64,000 nt of DNA from Octopus vulgaris (Eukaryota), in assembly GCA_951406725.2 (NCBI GenBank), contig OX597814.1:45446001-45510000 (forward strand). The letters are read 5' to 3'. The notes below the pieces were generated by a model. That model did no database searches. It had not been told where the DNA came from and saw only the letters and a program-made list of their open reading frames with translations. Position 1 is the stretch's first letter; each line of letters opens with the position of its first letter. The position numbers were made by a program, and so were the translations under genes. Positions 63,477-64,000 of this stretch are shown piece after piece.

Positions 63477-64000
63477 GTGAGTTAGCTATTTTATTAATAT
63501 TTAATCTTCATCTTCATCATCAACATTATCATCATTTAACATCCATGTTCCATGCTGGCGGGGGTTGGACTGTTTGACAGGAACTGATGTATATAAGGAC
63601 TGCATTGTGCTCTAATGTCTGCTTTGGCATGGTTTCTGTGACTGGATGCACTTCCTAACACCAATCACTTTATAGCATGGACTGGGTGCTTTTTTGCATG
63701 CCACTTACACTATTGAGATCGTAAGGACTACAGACCCTGGGGGAGGGAATGTGACAGCTTCAGGCTAGGAGACAAGGGAATTACTATGAGAAGATGGTGT
63801 TATAGGGCAGGTTCTTGTAGAGGGATCTGCATGGCTATTCATATCTCATGGGAAAGGGGCAGAGAGAAAAAGATCAGCACCAAGGCACAAACTGAGCAGA
63901 AGAGGGTAGGTGGGCGGTTGAGTTGATGGTTTACAGGATTATATGGAAAGCAGAATGAGGAGATAGAGAGGCAAACTGCCAAAATGGGTAAGGTTGAAGG

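Noticed and set aside
1-64000. Fanzor/TnpB, viral or prokaryotic defence-type genes
   Set aside because: No RuvC/zinc-finger TnpB motifs, capsid, or long intact unexplained ORF was visible by eye. A profile search would be needed to exclude very decayed remnants.

Overview
AT-rich, microsatellite- and transposon-dense animal genomic DNA; the SINE/RTE repertoire and repeat style are most consistent with an octopus, but the species is an inference. Two spliced host genes can be reconstructed by hand. One is a complete 7-exon ZSWIM7/SWS1 on the minus strand (CDS 41286..29437, 138 aa, with 22- and 26-nt micro-exons). The other is the first three coding exons of beta-ureidopropionase UPB1 on the plus strand (from 56438, running off the window). 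The rest is mostly decayed mobile DNA: two Ty3/Gypsy pol remnants; CR1/L2-, RTE-, Tx1/L1- and R4/Dong-type LINE fragments; Tigger, mariner, hAT and Merlin transposon remnants; non-autonomous Helitrons; and many tRNA-derived SINEs. The less obvious structure is of four kinds: (i) about six hammerhead-ribozyme motifs in several Penelope/retrozyme-like element families, (ii) Merlin-type foldback elements with (TTAGGG)n cores, (iii) a tandemly repeated H-type-pseudoknot-like motif in an RTE 3' UTR, and (iv) several long hairpins and templated inversions. Almost all ORFs in the supplied track are microsatellite or TE artefacts. All calls were made by eye, without database searches.
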